This document shows positions 42,086-58,430 of a stretch of 64,000 nt of DNA, one piece after another (within the stretch, counting starts at the first letter, position 1; each line of letters opens with the position of its first letter). The notes beneath the pieces are model-generated. The model saw only the letters and a list, made by a program, of their open reading frames with translations. It had not been told where the DNA came from and did no database searches. This DNA is from the human T2T-CHM13v2.0 reference genome, Homo sapiens: NCBI RefSeq assembly GCF_009914755.1, contig NC_060939.1. The stretch is one strand, 5' to 3'. A program made the translations under genes and the position numbers.

Positions 42086-44512
42086 GAGAATTACTGCACC
42101 CCACTCTGAGAATGGGGTGTTAGGTAGGCTGGAAAGAGGACAGTCGCCTAACGCCAATCATGTAATAGCTGAATTCACATTATTATGGCACATATTATTT
42201 TTAAATATATTTTTGTATATTTTAAAAACATATATTTGTCCTTTTAGATTTACTAAGTGTCTCTATATTCTGTTCATTGAAGCAAATCTCCCCCAGGTGT
42301 GTAATGTATGTCCAGTGCTCTGGGGATAGAGCTAGAGGTGAATGAGCAGCAGGAGGGGTTGGCTTGAAAACAGCATCTAAAGTAATCAAGTCACCTGGAT
42401 GTTAGGACGGAGCTGTGCATGGAGAAGGGGCAACCCCCCCAGCAACCTGACTGGAAGTGAGTCTTGAAAGACAAGTAGTAGCTGGCCCAAAGAAACGCTG
42501 GGTGTGAAAGAGCATTCCAGTCAAAGGAGACAGCTTGAGCAAAGACTCCTCAGATAAAAGTAGTTCAACACCACGTGTACCTGTTCTGGCTGGAGTTGGG
42601 CCTGGTAGTTTAGGTTTATTTGAGCTTAGGCAAGAAGTTAAGCGAGTACCAGGGTGTAGCCGGCCTCCTAGGCCAAGTGAGGACCCATGCAGTGGAGGGT
42701 GGGGGCCAGGCTTGTGTGTTGAGATCACCCCTCCATTGGCGGGTGGATGATGGAGTAGGTGGTGAGAGCAAGACTAGAGGCTTGGAGGCCGCTTGGGGGG
42801 CTGCTGCCAAGATTTTGAGGAGGGGACCTGACTCTAAACTGGGAATGTGGCATCAGGACAGTCACATGTGTCATCATTAAATGTGAAATCTGTGACTAGA
42901 CAAAAAGAAATTTTACTTCATTCTTTTGTTCTATTTTCTGAGATTATATTGTATTCTAAACATGATCAGAAGGTAGGCATATGAAATTTACTCATTCTTC
43001 TGATATTTTTAAGCTCAGCATATTTCCACTTTTAATTTATAAACAAAATTTTCTTTAAACTTTCCTCCAGGAGTGATCAAAAGCTTAATTTCTTGGATAG
43101 TCCTCTTCCTCTATGCAAAACTTATTATCTAACTTGGTAGTCTGAAATCCTTTATAAGTTCTGTATCTAGATCTTGTATAGTGTTTGGTTGTCCAATTGA
43201 CATTTTTATAAGCTTGCTTTTTGTTACTGTCATAATCCACTCAGCTCTTATAAATGCCTTCGCCTGCCTTCCAAATGCCATGGCTTTTGCAGTGATATTT
43301 GCACCTGTGGTGTTACGCTGGCAAGTGGCTTCATGTCCTTAAGGTCTTAAAATACTCTTTCCCCTCCTCCCCTCCCCCGAAAAGGAAGCTTGTCTGGGAA
43401 CTGGTTTGCTTAAGGTGATAGCTTCACTTCTCTTAACTTTGTGTAGATTTGATTAATTACACACACATACAAGGAGTAAATCAAAGATGGGTTTTGGGGA
43501 TCATCTGGTTCTGAGAGAAATGATAGGCAAGTAGGTTAAGGTAAATTATTAATAAAACACTCACCACTGCCATATAATACAGAGGGGAATGATTGACGTC
43601 ACTATCATTTTATATTATACGACTCCAGTTTATATAGGAGACAAATCCTGGACAACCATCAAGCTTGGGCTAAAAGCCATGGAAGTGAAACCAACAGCGG
43701 TTTCAGTAAATGCAGTCACCTTGTACTGTGGTTGTAAACCATAATCATTTCTTAGTTGTAACTTGGATCATCTTCTTTTCCTGGTAATTAACTATTTGTG
43801 ATTTTTGCATTTCCTACCAACGCCTAGAGTCACTCTGTGTTTTTACAATGCACCGTTGTTAGCGAGGCTTCATGCCTTGCGTAGGCTAACAAGCCTTTAT
43901 CCTTAATCAATCCAACAAATATTTACACTGCACTGCCCTTACAGCATATTCTCTGGAGCATAGAGTAGTGCCCTCACCCCACAAGGCACTTACAGGCTCT
44001 TAGAAGAATTTGCAGCCCTTCCCAGCACTAACTGAGAGTAGCAGGTTTGGCTAATGGAGTAACCACTACAGCTGTGGCCTGTCTCGTTAGGGAAAGAAGA
44101 AGTGAGCTTTTAGTGAGTGTAGGCGCTATGCTATTTCATATACATCAGCTCCTTTAATAATGAGCTAACCTGTCAAGTTAGAATGTGTTCAAAATATATC
44201 ACTTGCTTTCTTTTTATTCTATATTATGGAAATAAGCCATGTTGAATTACTTAACAGTTACCCTAAATTGAAATCCTCTTTATATATATGTCCTGGTTGA
44301 TTTCTAAAGCTAATCTGATGCAGAGTGTATTAGTAAATGGGGAAAGGCGGTAAATCATGGCACGGATGTAACGTAATAAAAGCCTCATGTTTATGCTTTG
44401 TGTGCAGAATTTCCCTGGAACAAAAATAGGTTGAAAGAGTTTTGCTAAAAGATTTTTCAGAACGTTGCTCAAGGAATGTAGAGAAAATTGACCTCCCTTG
44501 TCCTTTCTTTAG

Positions 44513-44688
44513 ATACATTCCACCGTTGATCTGGGGGAAAAGTGGACACATCCAGACAGCCTTGTATGGGAAGATGGGAAGGGTGAGGTCGCCACATCCT
44601 TATGGGCACCGGAAGTTCATCACTATGTCTGATGGAGCCACTTCTACATTCGACCTCTTCGAGCCCTTGGCTGAGCACTGTGTTGGAG
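44513..44688 (+). CDS. ABHD2: ABHD2 second coding exon (176 nt)
   Basis: Encodes (E)YIPPLIWGKSGHIQTALYGKMGRVRSPHPYGHRKFITMSDGATSTFDLFEPLAEHCVG. Acceptor tcctttctttag|A, donor GAG|gtgagc. Phase 2 in and phase 1 out, matching both neighbours. GHxQT is typical of the ABHD1-3/YheT family. Confidence 0.97.
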
Positions 44689-44908
44689 GTGAGCTGCTTT
44701 AGATTGTGTGATTGAGCCATCACTCAGAGAAGGAGCACTAGTCAGTGGAGAGCACAGCAGTGTGAATACTTGTGCCACTGACTCTGCCCATGGCATCAGG
44801 GGCTGTTGGGAAGCCTGCTGGGATTCGTCACTTAGGAGCAGCCTGCAAAGGTTAGCTTCAGCGTATGTTTGCCAGTCACCATGTAAAGCTCTTCAGAACT
44901 CATTGTAG

Positions 44909-45213
<305 letters not shown>

Positions 45214-46559
45214 GTAGAATAGGTTTTAATCCTGTTGTGAAATACAGAAGCTTGATGTACGGGGATGAGGGAGTGCTTGGAGCCCAGGCACCCCAGGACC
45301 AGGCCTCTGGGTTGATGACAGCAACAGAGGCCAGACCATTCTCAGTGCTTCGTGTATACTGTTATCTCATTTAATCCTCAAATAGCGCTGTGAGGCTGGT
45401 ATTTACTATCCCTACTTTACTGATGAGGAAACTGAAGCTCGGAGATGCAGTATAGGCTGGCGTTTGTTGGATAGCAGTAGATTAAAAGGCTCCCAGGTTC
45501 CCTTTGCTTAGGTTTCCCTGGACAAATAGACACATTGAGGTCATATCTATCATGCAGTGGTCTAGGACACCTATTTCTGAGAGATAACTGAAATTTTCAT
45601 TGCTGCTGGAATTTGGCATTGTTCTGTCTAGCCTATACAAATAGCATTCATTCTAAAATGCTTCATAATGAAGACTTTTGAGGAAGTGGAGTTACTACAA
45701 GCATCCTTTTGAATGCTATTGCTACCAAAAGAGAACATGTCTTTTGCATTCTATAGTATTCAAAAGCAACTTATTTTTTGTTTTTTTTAAATAGGAACTC
45801 AGTAGTTATTTATGGGTAAATTCCAGTAAACATATTAGGTATTTAAAGTGGCTAGAACTGCTGAGTAGCTGGTGACAAAGATTTAATTGATATTCCCTCT
45901 GCCTGGAATGCTGGTCCCCAGACCTTCACATGGCTGCCTCCTCCTTGTCATTCAGGTCTCAGCTCAGATGTCATCTCCTCAGAGGGACTGTCTCTGACTC
46001 CCCTAACTAGTGTTTCCTTCTCAGTAAATCCATCACGACTTCCTGCTTTAGTTCTTCGTGGTAGCTTCTACTCTCGAAACCTATTTGTGTGCTTGTGTAT
46101 TATTTATCTGCTAGAATGTAGGAATCCCCAGAGCCCCGAATAGCTGGCTTCTAATAAACAGCCATGGAAGAGATGAATACATGAATAGGTGAGGAGTTCA
46201 CACTGTGTTTATAAATCTGTAGCTGGTTTTTCCAATAGTTATTTATTCACCATACCCAGTTAAATGTTTTCTTTCCCTTATTTCTAATGCTTTTTCTTCT
46301 TCTACCACTAAAGCACAAAGTTTAGTTTGACCATCTGCTCTTCCTACCAGGACCAACATGGAAAGTTGAAAAGGGCAGAAGAGTGATTCTTCCTTGTACT
46401 TGCTCATGTTTTTCCATCACTCCTGCCCCCAGAAATGACTGACAAAGGTGCTTCTAGGGAAGGCAGTATTTGTACCTAAGATGTACTTTAAGAAAAACAG
46501 CTCTTTTTCACCTTTTCTGATTTTTTTTCTGACTATAAAAGAAGTACTGATTTTAGAAA

Positions 46560-48000
46560 ATATGAATAATACATTTAAAAAATAAGAATCACCCATAATT
46601 TTGTCACCCAACATATATTATTAACGTTTTGTTCCATTTTCTTACAGTTCTATGCATTGTTTTTCCAAAATCTGAATTATCATATGTGATATTATAAAGA
46701 CTTTCCCATGTATTAAAACTCTAAAAGTCTTCAAAAACACAATTTTAATAATTGCTTAATATTCTACAATGTGGTCATATTATAATTAAACCATTCTTCT
46801 ATGGTTGGGCATTTAACTTATTTACAACTTTGTGATTATCAATAATTATATCATCCTTCATCAGAAAATTTTAGGCAGGATTTCAAGAATTGGAATTTAC
46901 TAGGTCGAAGCTTATAAATTTTATAAAGAGATGGAGTCTTGCTGTGTTGCCCTGTTTAGAGGTACAGTGACTGTTTACAGATACGGTCATTGTGATCTAC
47001 AGCCTTGAACTACTGGGCTCAAACGATCCTCCTGCCTCAGCCTCGCAAATGGTTGGAATACAGACGTGTGCCACTACATCCAACAGTTTACAAAATTTTT
47101 AAGGTTCTTTATGCATATTGGAAAATTGCTTACTAATTCACATTTCCCTACCAGCATTAAGAATTTCTAAATTTTAAAAATCTTAATTTGAAGAAAAATT
47201 ATGATCAAATTTAATGACCTAAGCACCTCTTTTCTTTTAAAGAAAAGTATGTATTCATATTTTTAAGTAGGCAAGTCACATTCATGATAGAAAGTTCACA
47301 AGGTACTAACAGTATACAGTGAAAGTATCTCTCTCTCTGTCCTCTACTCTCCATCCCTACCCCTGCTCAGTGGTACCCACTCTCAAGGTTCTTGTGTGTG
47401 ATTCCAAGATAGTGGATGCATTTGTAAATATAGATATCTTTTTTTTCTCCACACAAAAGGCAGCATTATTATAACCCCCTTCTGCATTTAGCATTTTTTC
47501 ACTTAATTTATGGAAGAGCTTGCCACATGAGTGTATATAAAGATGTCTCATTATTTTTAAGGGCTTCATAATATTTCATCACTTAGATATGCAATAATTT
47601 ATCCAACCAGACCCCTATTTCTGGGCATTTAGATTGTGTTCAGCCATATGCAAAAGAATATGTATTGCATGATTGAACACAACCTAATGCATATATATTG
47701 TTTTACATATGTACAATTACATCTGTCGGATAAATAACTGAAAGTAAAATTGCTGGGTCAAAGAGGTCTGTGCAAACACCACTTTTTATCTTCTCATTCA
47801 TTCATTCATATAGAATTTCTTACAGAAATTAAGAGTAATGTTCAGGAACTTCTATAGCAATGTGACAGAGTAATTTTATATTTGTTGAATCTTATAGTAG
47901 AAAATTGAGGTTTGTATATTTTTCATTTCATTTTTCTAGTAATTAACTTCTATTGTCTTTTCAAAAGTATCTGTTCATGACTTACTGGACATTTTCAAAA
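46560..48000 (-). mobile_element. Old L1M fragments with a FAM/FLAM-type monomer at ~46925-47085
   Basis: Antisense L1-like text (gggcatttagattgtg, aaattgctgggtcaaag) and a 7SL-derived monomer. Confidence 0.6.
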
Positions 48001-48201
48001 CAAACCCTTCACTATAAATAGCTTGAGAAGCACTGATATAGACAGCTCCAGCTAGAAGGGAAAAATTCTTCCCCAGAGAACTGAGTGAAAGATGTATGTT
48101 GAATTCCCTCCCCTTGTTTTCTAGACCAGTGAAGTGTAATTATGTCCATTTATCATGTCACATTTCTTGGATACATCAGGATCTCTTTCTCTACGCTATA
48201 G

Positions 48202-48369
48202 ATGATATCACCATGGTCATCTGCCCTGGAATTGCCAATCACAGCGAGAAGCAATACATCCGCACTTTCGTTGACTACGCCCAGAAAAATGGCTATCGGT
48301 GCGCCGTGCTGAACCACCTGGGTGCCCTGCCCAACATTGAATTGACCTCGCCACGCATGTTCACCTATG
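48202..48369 (+). CDS. ABHD2: ABHD2 third coding exon (168 nt)
   Basis: Encodes (D)DITMVICPGIANHSEKQYIRTFVDYAQKNGYRCAVLNHLGALPNIELTSPRMFTY(G). Acceptor ctttctctacgctatag|AT, donor ATG|gtaagc. Contains the hydrolase-fold xPG and NHxG segments. Confidence 0.97.
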
Positions 48370-48889
48370 GTAAGCATGGCTAAGTGGAGTCCTCCCTTTT
48401 TCTGCAAGTGTGCTACTACTTCTGCTTCTGCCTTGTTTTTTCTTTTTTTAAGTTTTAAACCTATGCCCATCTGCAAGAGATGGTAGGTCACACGGTTATA
48501 TCAACAGCCAACTTGTACTGGGCATTGATGATGCCATGCCTCACACCAGCCTTTGAGATGGGCACTATAACCACCCTCACAGAGGCAGAAACTGAAGCTT
48601 ACAGGGGAAAGTCTTGCCCAAGGTCCCCTAGCTAGTAAGAGTCACAGCAGGGCTGGGAGCCAGGTAGATCGGGTAGCAGAGCTCATGACCTTCAGGACTG
48701 TGCTGTTCTGATGCTCGTTCCTCAGGACTCTTGTGACTGACAGGCAAGGGTGTGATGAGGCATGTGAATGTCAGTGGGAAGGGAGCCTGGCACAGTAGCA
48801 ACTCACTGGATTTTAGGTTCCTGGGGAACAGGAACTAGATCTCGTCTTTCGACGAATGCTTCTTGATTTGAATTAAAATTTTGTGTTAG

Positions 48890-49570
<681 letters not shown>

Positions 49571-50396
49571 TCCTGTTTTAGCTAAGGTTCTGGCTTCTGG
49601 ACTGCTTGTTCTTGATTCTTATTAGCTCTCTCTTTAGATTATATATGTATACATAAACAATAAACACATAAAATATGCATCTGTATATGCACAAATATTT
49701 GGGATGTTATAAGCAAATAAATTGTAATATGTTTTAATGGGAAATAACTAAAAATTATATCTATCATCTCACCATAACTATAATTTTCTATTTCTTCCAA
49801 CTACCCTTCTGTCTTTATCAATGTCTACATAGTTTTTATTTATTGCAGTCATAGCATGTATATCTATGGTGATTTATTTAAATAACTCTATATTCACCAA
49901 CATAAAGATGTTTAATCTGTTTAAGAGCCACATTGCTGTTACTACTCTGTTATAGTTTATTTAACCATTTATCTTTGTAGGACATATGAATTATTTAAAG
50001 TTTTTCAGCATTTTAAATAACAATGCTGTAAATACTGTGTCTTGTACATAGAATTATTTTCTCTTGAATGACCTTGGAGTAAATGCCCAGTAAAATTGCA
50101 GAGTCAACATTTTTTTATGCATATTTGTACATCTTGTCAGATTGACCTCCAGCAAGGTCATTCCAATTACGTTGCCACTGGTAACATGCAAGGGCACTGT
50201 CTCCTATAAGGGCAGGTAAGGGAAGGTCACAGGTATGGAAGCATGAACAGGTATACCTGCTTTGTGCCAAGCAGGGTGCTGGGTGCCCTGAGTTCATTTC
50301 CTCTTCTGTATTCACACCCACAGCTGAAGATACCCATTTTACAGACTCCGTTCTGTTCAGCAGTTTGGTCAGTAGCTTGAAAATATAGGTGAATTT

Positions 50397-50718
<322 letters not shown>

Positions 50719-50919
50719 TTACAGATAGCACAGGCACAGGGTGAATAGTGAGTATGTGGGAGACAGAATTGGACCCAAAAGTCAGAAATAGGCCAAATCA
50801 AACACAAAGAAAACAATGGGGAATAATGGTAATGTCCTGTGCTTGGATATATAGATTGTCTATACAAGTAGAAGATGGGGAGGCATGGCTTGGCTGCAGG
50901 GCCAGGATGGAGATTTGGG

Positions 50920-51150
50920 AGCACTAACAGTACAGTGTGAACACTTACTGTGTGCCAGTGGGAACACTTAATGTGCACCAGACACAGTACTGATGTCACA
51001 TGTAGGCACAATCTCTTTTATCTCCACAGCAACCCATGGGACTGTAAAATTCTGATGAAAAAACTGAGGCATAGAGAGGTTAAGTGATTTGGGCAAGGGC
51101 ACAGAGCCAGTAAGTAGAAGAGCTAAGAGAGGAGCCTGGATCTGGCTGCC
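50920..51150 (-). mobile_element. MIR
   Basis: gatgaaaaaactgaggcatagagaggttaagtgatttg core. Confidence 0.75.
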
Positions 51151-51536
51151 GGAATCATCTCAGAGATAGCAGAGTAACTGGGTCTGTATAGTCTAGGCCT
51201 CCCAGCTCCAGAGTGCTGTACTGTTGGGGCTGTAGGCCAAAGAGACCAGATTGGAAGGCGTTACCACACCAGGTCAGGGGAGACCAGCAGCTGAAGAGCA
51301 GAGAAGAATAGGTTAAGTGCAGGCCTTGCTCCCAGAGAGTACCTGGGTCAGGAGACAGGCTCTGGATCCGATGCCCCAGCACTGCCACTGATGCTGTGTG
51401 GCTCGAGCAGTTTCTTAAACTCAGTTCCAGATTCTTCAGCTGCAGTAAGGTGGAGCTACAATTAAATGTGGGTTACTGAGGACTTGGTAGGCAGTTGATT
51501 ACATATAGTAAACATTTATTGTATGTTAGGTTCATT

Positions 51537-51820
<284 letters not shown>

Positions 51821-51913
51821 TGAAGGTATATTCATGTTGGTGAGAGATTAACCGTGCTGTTTGTGACCCAGATAAATAAGATGTGTTCTGCCAGGGAGAT
51901 GCGAGTGTCGTTA

Positions 51914-52318
<405 letters not shown>

Positions 52319-53394
52319 TCAAGTTGTGGGAGGAAGAATTCTCCCAGGAAAGGCATTTGAGCTGGGTTCTCAAAGATGAGCTCCTAAACAGAGGCACTCA
52401 TGAACAGTTGGAGTTTGTAGACAGGGGAGTGCGCTATGGAAGGGCAACCCATGCAGAAGAGCAGCATTCACAGCTGCCTTAAGAGCACTGTATGTTTGGA
52501 CTGAGGAGCTGCCTGTGAGCATGAAAAACCCTTGGAGATGAGGTGAATCCATCAGGGGAGAGCTTCAGGCCCCCAATTTTGAAAATTAACTATCTCCTTC
52601 AATTTGTGGATGGTGTTGTTACATTTTATTTCATCAGAATTTTAGAAGTAAATTTCTGTAGTTTATTATACTTTAGAAATGTTCTAGAAAGACAGGTGAC
52701 CTAGAAAAAAAATGGGTGTCTTCTTCTAGCCATACTATTTGTTTTTTTGTGTGTATCAGTACATGTTTTACTTGTTAATAATTTCTTTTAACCATTGGAG
52801 GATAAGCTCAAACAAATAGGACCTTAAAAAGGTCAGAAATCCAGAATTTGGATGCTTTGTTGAAATGTAAAAATTAAAACATCTTTCGTAGCTTCAAAGA
52901 GCCTAGAGAGAGAAAGCGCTAGTGTTTCGTTAGGTGCTATTGATGTAATTTTAGTTTAAAATAAAGTTTTTAATAAATGTTTTCCTGGGCTGGTGGAAAA
53001 GGAGCAATCCTTCACCAAAGGTGGCCTAACACGTTAGAGCAAAGCCCGTGTTTGTTACTTTTGACTGGTTAATTGAGGCAGGTCCACAGTTAACATGCTA
53101 GAACTGGAAACCTTTTATCATAGTTAATCATATCCTCATGTAAGTGTGTTAGTTGTTGATGTGTGGGCTTTCTATACTTTAGTACAAAGATCTTTGTCAA
53201 CTTTTGTTTCTACACCCAGTACTGTTCTCAATTTTTAATTATTGTTGCCTTGCAATATGGCCTGATATCTGATGGTACCAACCCTGACTCATGGCTATTT
53301 CAGAGTATGCTCTTGTCTGCCTACCTGTTTTTTTTTTTTCTTTTTTCATTTGAACCAAAGAATTATTGTGTCCAGTTCCATGTTGAGTTTTTGT

Positions 53395-53760
53395 CTTATT
53401 AGTCAAGATGGACTAGATTATGCTGTGGAAACAACTTGGATCTCAGTGGTTTAAAGCAATGATTTCTGTCCATACTATCCATCCATTATGGCTTAGCTGA
53501 GGGGCCTCTGTGTCTCCATCATTATGGTCCTCACTCAAGGAACCAGGCCCATGGAGCAGCTACCTGCTGGAACATTGCAGAGGGTAGGAAAAGTGTGGCT
53601 CTTGAAGCTTCTCCTCAGAAATGACAGAGGTCACTCCTGGTCACACTTTATTGGTCAAAGTACAGTACACGACCAAGCCTAACTTCAGTGGGGTGGGGGA
53701 GAAGCATCCTTCCTAGAGATGGAAAGTAGTTATTGGTGGTGAACTCTCGCACAGTTTATC
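53395..53760 (-). mobile_element. Old MaLR LTR (MLT1K/L-like)
   Basis: ctagattatgctgtggaaacaac...tctcagtggtttaaagcaa...cacactttattggtcaaag. Confidence 0.55.
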
Positions 53761-54214
53761 ACAATTTCTGAAGGGGAACTTTAATTTATAAATTAATGTG
53801 GAAAAATTTATAATACTTACTTTTCTCATCCAGGAGCATGACCTTTTCCTTCAAGTCTTCCTTTATTTCTACCTAAAAGAACTCCTAGTTCTCTTTGTGT
53901 AGGTCAGTTTGTTGTCAACACTAGAATTTCCCATGGGAGCTTTTAAAAGATACCTGTGCCAGTGGCTTAGCTCTCCGGGAGTCTAAGGTATAGCCAAGGT
54001 TTTTCAGAGCCACAGATACAGGTTTTACTCCTTGTTCCCTCATTAGTTTTATTTTTGCTTTTTTACTTTTTATTACAGACATTTCAAAATATGCAGAAGT
54101 AGGGAGAATAGTAGAATAAACCCCAGTGTACCCTTTACCCAACCTCAACAATTGTTCAACTCATGGCCCATCTTGTTTCCTTTACTCCCTTCTGGCATCC
54201 CCTCTCAAAGATTA

Positions 54215-54548
<334 letters not shown>

Positions 54549-54629
54549 TGAAGCAAGCCCCAGACAGCCTGTCCAGTTTCATCTGTGACTATTTCCAGTG
54601 TGCATCACTAAGATACACAGGCTCTTTGT

Positions 54630-55030
54630 AAACTGTCTTCATTTGTTAGGACTGCAATATCCAAATACCACAGTGGGCGTGGCTTATACAAGAGCAATTT
54701 ATTTTCTCACCGTTCTGGGGCCTAGAAGTCCCAGATCAGGGTGTCAGCAGGGTTGGTTTCTTCTGAGACCTCTCTTCCTGGCTTGTAAATGACTGTTTTC
54801 TTGCTGTGGATTCACACTACAGTCACCTGTGTCTCTGGTATCTCTCTGTGTCCTAATCTCTTCTTAAAAGGACACCAGTCATCCTGAATTAGGGCCCACC
54901 CTAACAACCACATTTTGGCTTAATTACATCTTTAAAAGCCTTATCTCCAAATATAGTCACATTCTGAGGTACCGGGGGTTACGAGTTCAGCATATGAATC
55001 TTGGGAGAGACACTATTCAGCCCATAACAT
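54630..55030 (-). mobile_element. MaLR solo LTR, MLT1A/B-like
   Basis: atttattttctcaccgttctggggcctagaagtcc...ttcagcccataaca. Confidence 0.8.
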
Positions 55031-56239
55031 AACAGAAGCACAATGGCATCATCACAACGGAAACACTTAAAACAGTACTCCTCAAGAGCAATTCAATTTC
55101 CCCATTGTCTTCCTGCTTTTTTTCCCATTTTAATTCTTTTGTTCAATTTAAGATCCAAGTCAGGTCCATATATTGCAATTGGCTGATAGGTCTCTTATGC
55201 CACTTTTCGATCTCCTTCCACGCATTTTTAATAGGTCCCCAACCAAGTAAGCCTCTTCCAGGTGGGGTCACTGGATGTGACATTGGAGGAGCTCTCTGGA
55301 TCCCCAGGACATACTGCAGTCCACCATCAGGTCCCCTATTCCCACCCTGAGTGTATGGAAATTCCAGGCACTGAACTCCAGTGCCTGCTAATCCCAGGAC
55401 TGCCCAGGTTCTGTTTGGAAGGCCCTTCTGTGGTCTTCACTTGGCTTCTCTTTGTCACTCAGGTCTCAACCAAGATGTCACCCTCTCAGAGAGCCCTTCC
55501 TTGACTCCTCTCCCTCATCTAAAGCTCCCCCCCAACCCCAGTCATTATCTAATGCCCCTCCTTACTTTCTTCAAGCCACTTAAGATTTGAAATTAAGGAT
55601 TTGTTTTCATAACCTGTGAAATTATTTGTTTATATGGCTATCATCTGTCTCTCCATCCCAAAAGTTCACTCCATGAGAGCAGGCAGTTTTCGCACTCCCT
55701 GCTGTAGTTCCCCAGTGTCTAGAATCCTGCTTGGACCCTAGAAAGCATTCACTGCATCAGTGTTTACTGAATGCCTACTGAGATGGGAACTGACAGTTTG
55801 TGACTGTAAAATGATACTTTACAAACTAGTACATCCCAAACCATTGTGCCCTATACGTGAGTCTTCCCTTAGGCACATTGCCTCTCTTTTGAGCAGATGC
55901 CAGGCATTCAAGTCACTGTGAATACCCTTTGGGCTTTTTGCAACTGTGATCTTGACCAGAAGAAAACTAAAGAGGGCATTAACATGAAACTCTATATTCT
56001 TCTTTTCCTGTTATGCACCTGCCTCAGATTTCTCTGAGAAAATTATAAAGGATCTTTTCCCATTTATCAACCCAACTCTGTTCCAAACCACATAAGCTTT
56101 GCTAATGTGATTAGAAATTGTTGAAAACAGATCTGCCTTGCACAGAATTTCCTAAATGGATAATTAAGCATTCTTGTGACTTAGAACCCTTCGTGCTGCC
56201 TTTGAAAGATAAATTCATTAAGGAAAATTCTTCATGACA

Positions 56240-56800
56240 GCAGTTACCATTTATCTCACTCTAATGAGTGCCAGGCATGTGCTTTCACGTTACTTCACTT
56301 GATCCTTACTGCCTCAGAGGTAGGTTTTAATTAGTATCCCCACTTCACAGGCTTAGGGAGGTTAAGTACCTTGACCTGAGTCATGTGACTAGTGAGTGGC
56401 AGAACCAGCCTTCAATCAATGTGATTCTTAACCCTAACTTAATACCACCTCTGTGGTAGTGTTCATTTCCTATTTAGGATACTGTTCATTAGAATACAGA
56501 GGAGCAGGTGTGATGTTTGAGTATTTAAAAAGACATTTTCCCCACTTTGGTGGTAGTGGTCATTACTGTTCTGATAGCTGTCACTTACATAGCATTTGCT
56601 GTGTGCCAGGCACTGTTGTGAATACTTTGTAGGATATATTAAATCAGTCACACCCCTTTTACAGGTGAGGAAACTGAGGCCCGACAAGGATGACTGACTT
56701 GCTCTAAATCACAGAGTTAATGAGTGGGCAGCCCAGGCTTCAAACACAGGCAGTCTCGCAGTCTAGTCCTAGAATCCGTGCTCCTGAACAACAGGCTCCA
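56240..56800 (-). mobile_element. Two MIR copies
   Basis: gaggttaagtaccttgacc and ttttacaggtgaggaaactgaggc cores. Confidence 0.7.
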
Positions 56801-57334
56801 TTGCCTCTCCATGTAAGAGACTAAGGAGTGAGGAAATAGTTCCCAGTCAGATACATTTTAGGCTTAAGGCAAAAGAGCATCCAAGAGCATCTCAGAGCCA
56901 CAGAATTGGACCTGTGGGTTTGGTCTTTGATCTTTTGTTCAGCCAGCATCCTCCAGACAATGATGGGGCCAGCCTCTGCGATGGGAATACAGGTGTGGAT
57001 TCGAGTCCCTGCCTTCAGGAAGATCCCAGTCTATGAGGAACTCTCACCATCTAGTTGGGGAAGGAGGGTGCACAGTCACAGTCGGTCTAAGCTTATTGGC
57101 TAGGTTTGTCCAAAAGGAATATTTACCAACAGCAACCTTTTCACAGACAGGGACCAGATCTGCATTTCTAATTTTTATATTATTGTGTGTTAATCTCCTC
57201 CATCTAGTGTATCACTTAGAGAGAGATGGTCAGGAAAGGCCTGCAGCGGGAGAGAACCTGTGCTTTATAGTCCAACAGCTGAAGGTTTGACTGCCTGGTC
57301 GAGAAAGCTAAGACTGTTAAGAAATTTGGCAATA

Positions 57335-57621
57335 AGTCCCAGCATGGCGGCTCACACCTGTAATCCCAGCACTTTGGGACGCCCAGGCTGGCAGATCACT
57401 TGAGCCCAGGAGTTTGAGACCAGCCTGATAGAACATGGTGAAACCTCATCTCTACTAAAAATGAAAAAAGCCAGGTGTGATGATACACACCTGTAATCTC
57501 AGCTACCTGGGAGGCAAAGGCAGGAGAATCGCTTGAGCCCAGGAGTGCAGTGAGCCAAGATTACGCCACTGCACTCCAGCCTAGACGACAGAGACTGACC
57601 CTGTCTTTAAAAAAAAAAAAA
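57335..57621 (+). mobile_element. Alu (J/S-type)
   Basis: TSD-like aa(t)tggcaataa on both sides. Confidence 0.9.
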
Positions 57622-58301
57622 TGGCAATAATATAAAAGTGCATGGCATAGAGTCCAGCAAATACCAGTAAACAATAACGATTATCATCTTCATTGGCCCT
57701 TCACTCTAACTTTGTGTTTTCTGTGAGCCACCTTAGAGGAGAAAAGGTAAACATTTACTTGAACTGTTAAATGACCTTACCTCTGCATCCAGTTCATACA
57801 GTTGACCTCATGTGAACTTTGGAATTTCTGCAAGGACGAGTTTAAGAACCTGCTCGTGTTGAGCATAAAATTCTTCCTTCTTTGAGCTCAGTCTGAGTTA
57901 CAGCTCTGTGTACAGGGATGTCGGCTGTGGTGATTATTCTGCAGTATGCAATGCTTGCTTTCCAGCTGGACAACCTTCAGTATTGGCCTCTTGGCCAAAT
58001 CTGTTTGGGCCACACGCCTCCAGCTCAAAGCCACTGGCTTCTATATACAGAGCCAGCCCTTAAAATCAGTACTGGAAAGAGTTTTTACTGTAGTACATGC
58101 TACATTTTAACCTTCTAAAAAATGTTTTTTTTTTTAAAAAAAATTCCTCACACTTAACTTTTGTATAGTTCATAAATTCTTTAAACTGGAAAATACTAAA
58201 TATGTCTCTTTTGATAAAGACATTAGCTAACCTGAGTAAAAATAAATGTGAAGAACACCTACAAGAGTAAAGTTTACCAAACTGTCTTAAATTTCTTATT
58301 G

Positions 58302-58430
58302 TGCCAAGCGAGGTGGCATGCACTTGTAATCTCAGCTACTCAGGAGACTAAGGCAGGAGGATAGCTTGAGGGTAGGAGTTCAAGACCAGCTGGGCAACAT
58401 AGCAAGTCCTTGTCTCTAAAAAAAAAAAAA
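58302..58430 (+). mobile_element. FLAM monomer
   Basis: Single left-arm Alu monomer with poly(A). Confidence 0.8.

Noticed and set aside
50141-50215. Pseudoexon with CAG|gtaagg donor
   Set aside because: Weak pyrimidine tract inside an L1 remnant; no better than chance expectation.
56655-56672. tttacag|gtgagg as a recursive splice site
   Set aside because: It is a one-base variant of the MIR core (ttttacagatgagg) with a short pyrimidine tract.
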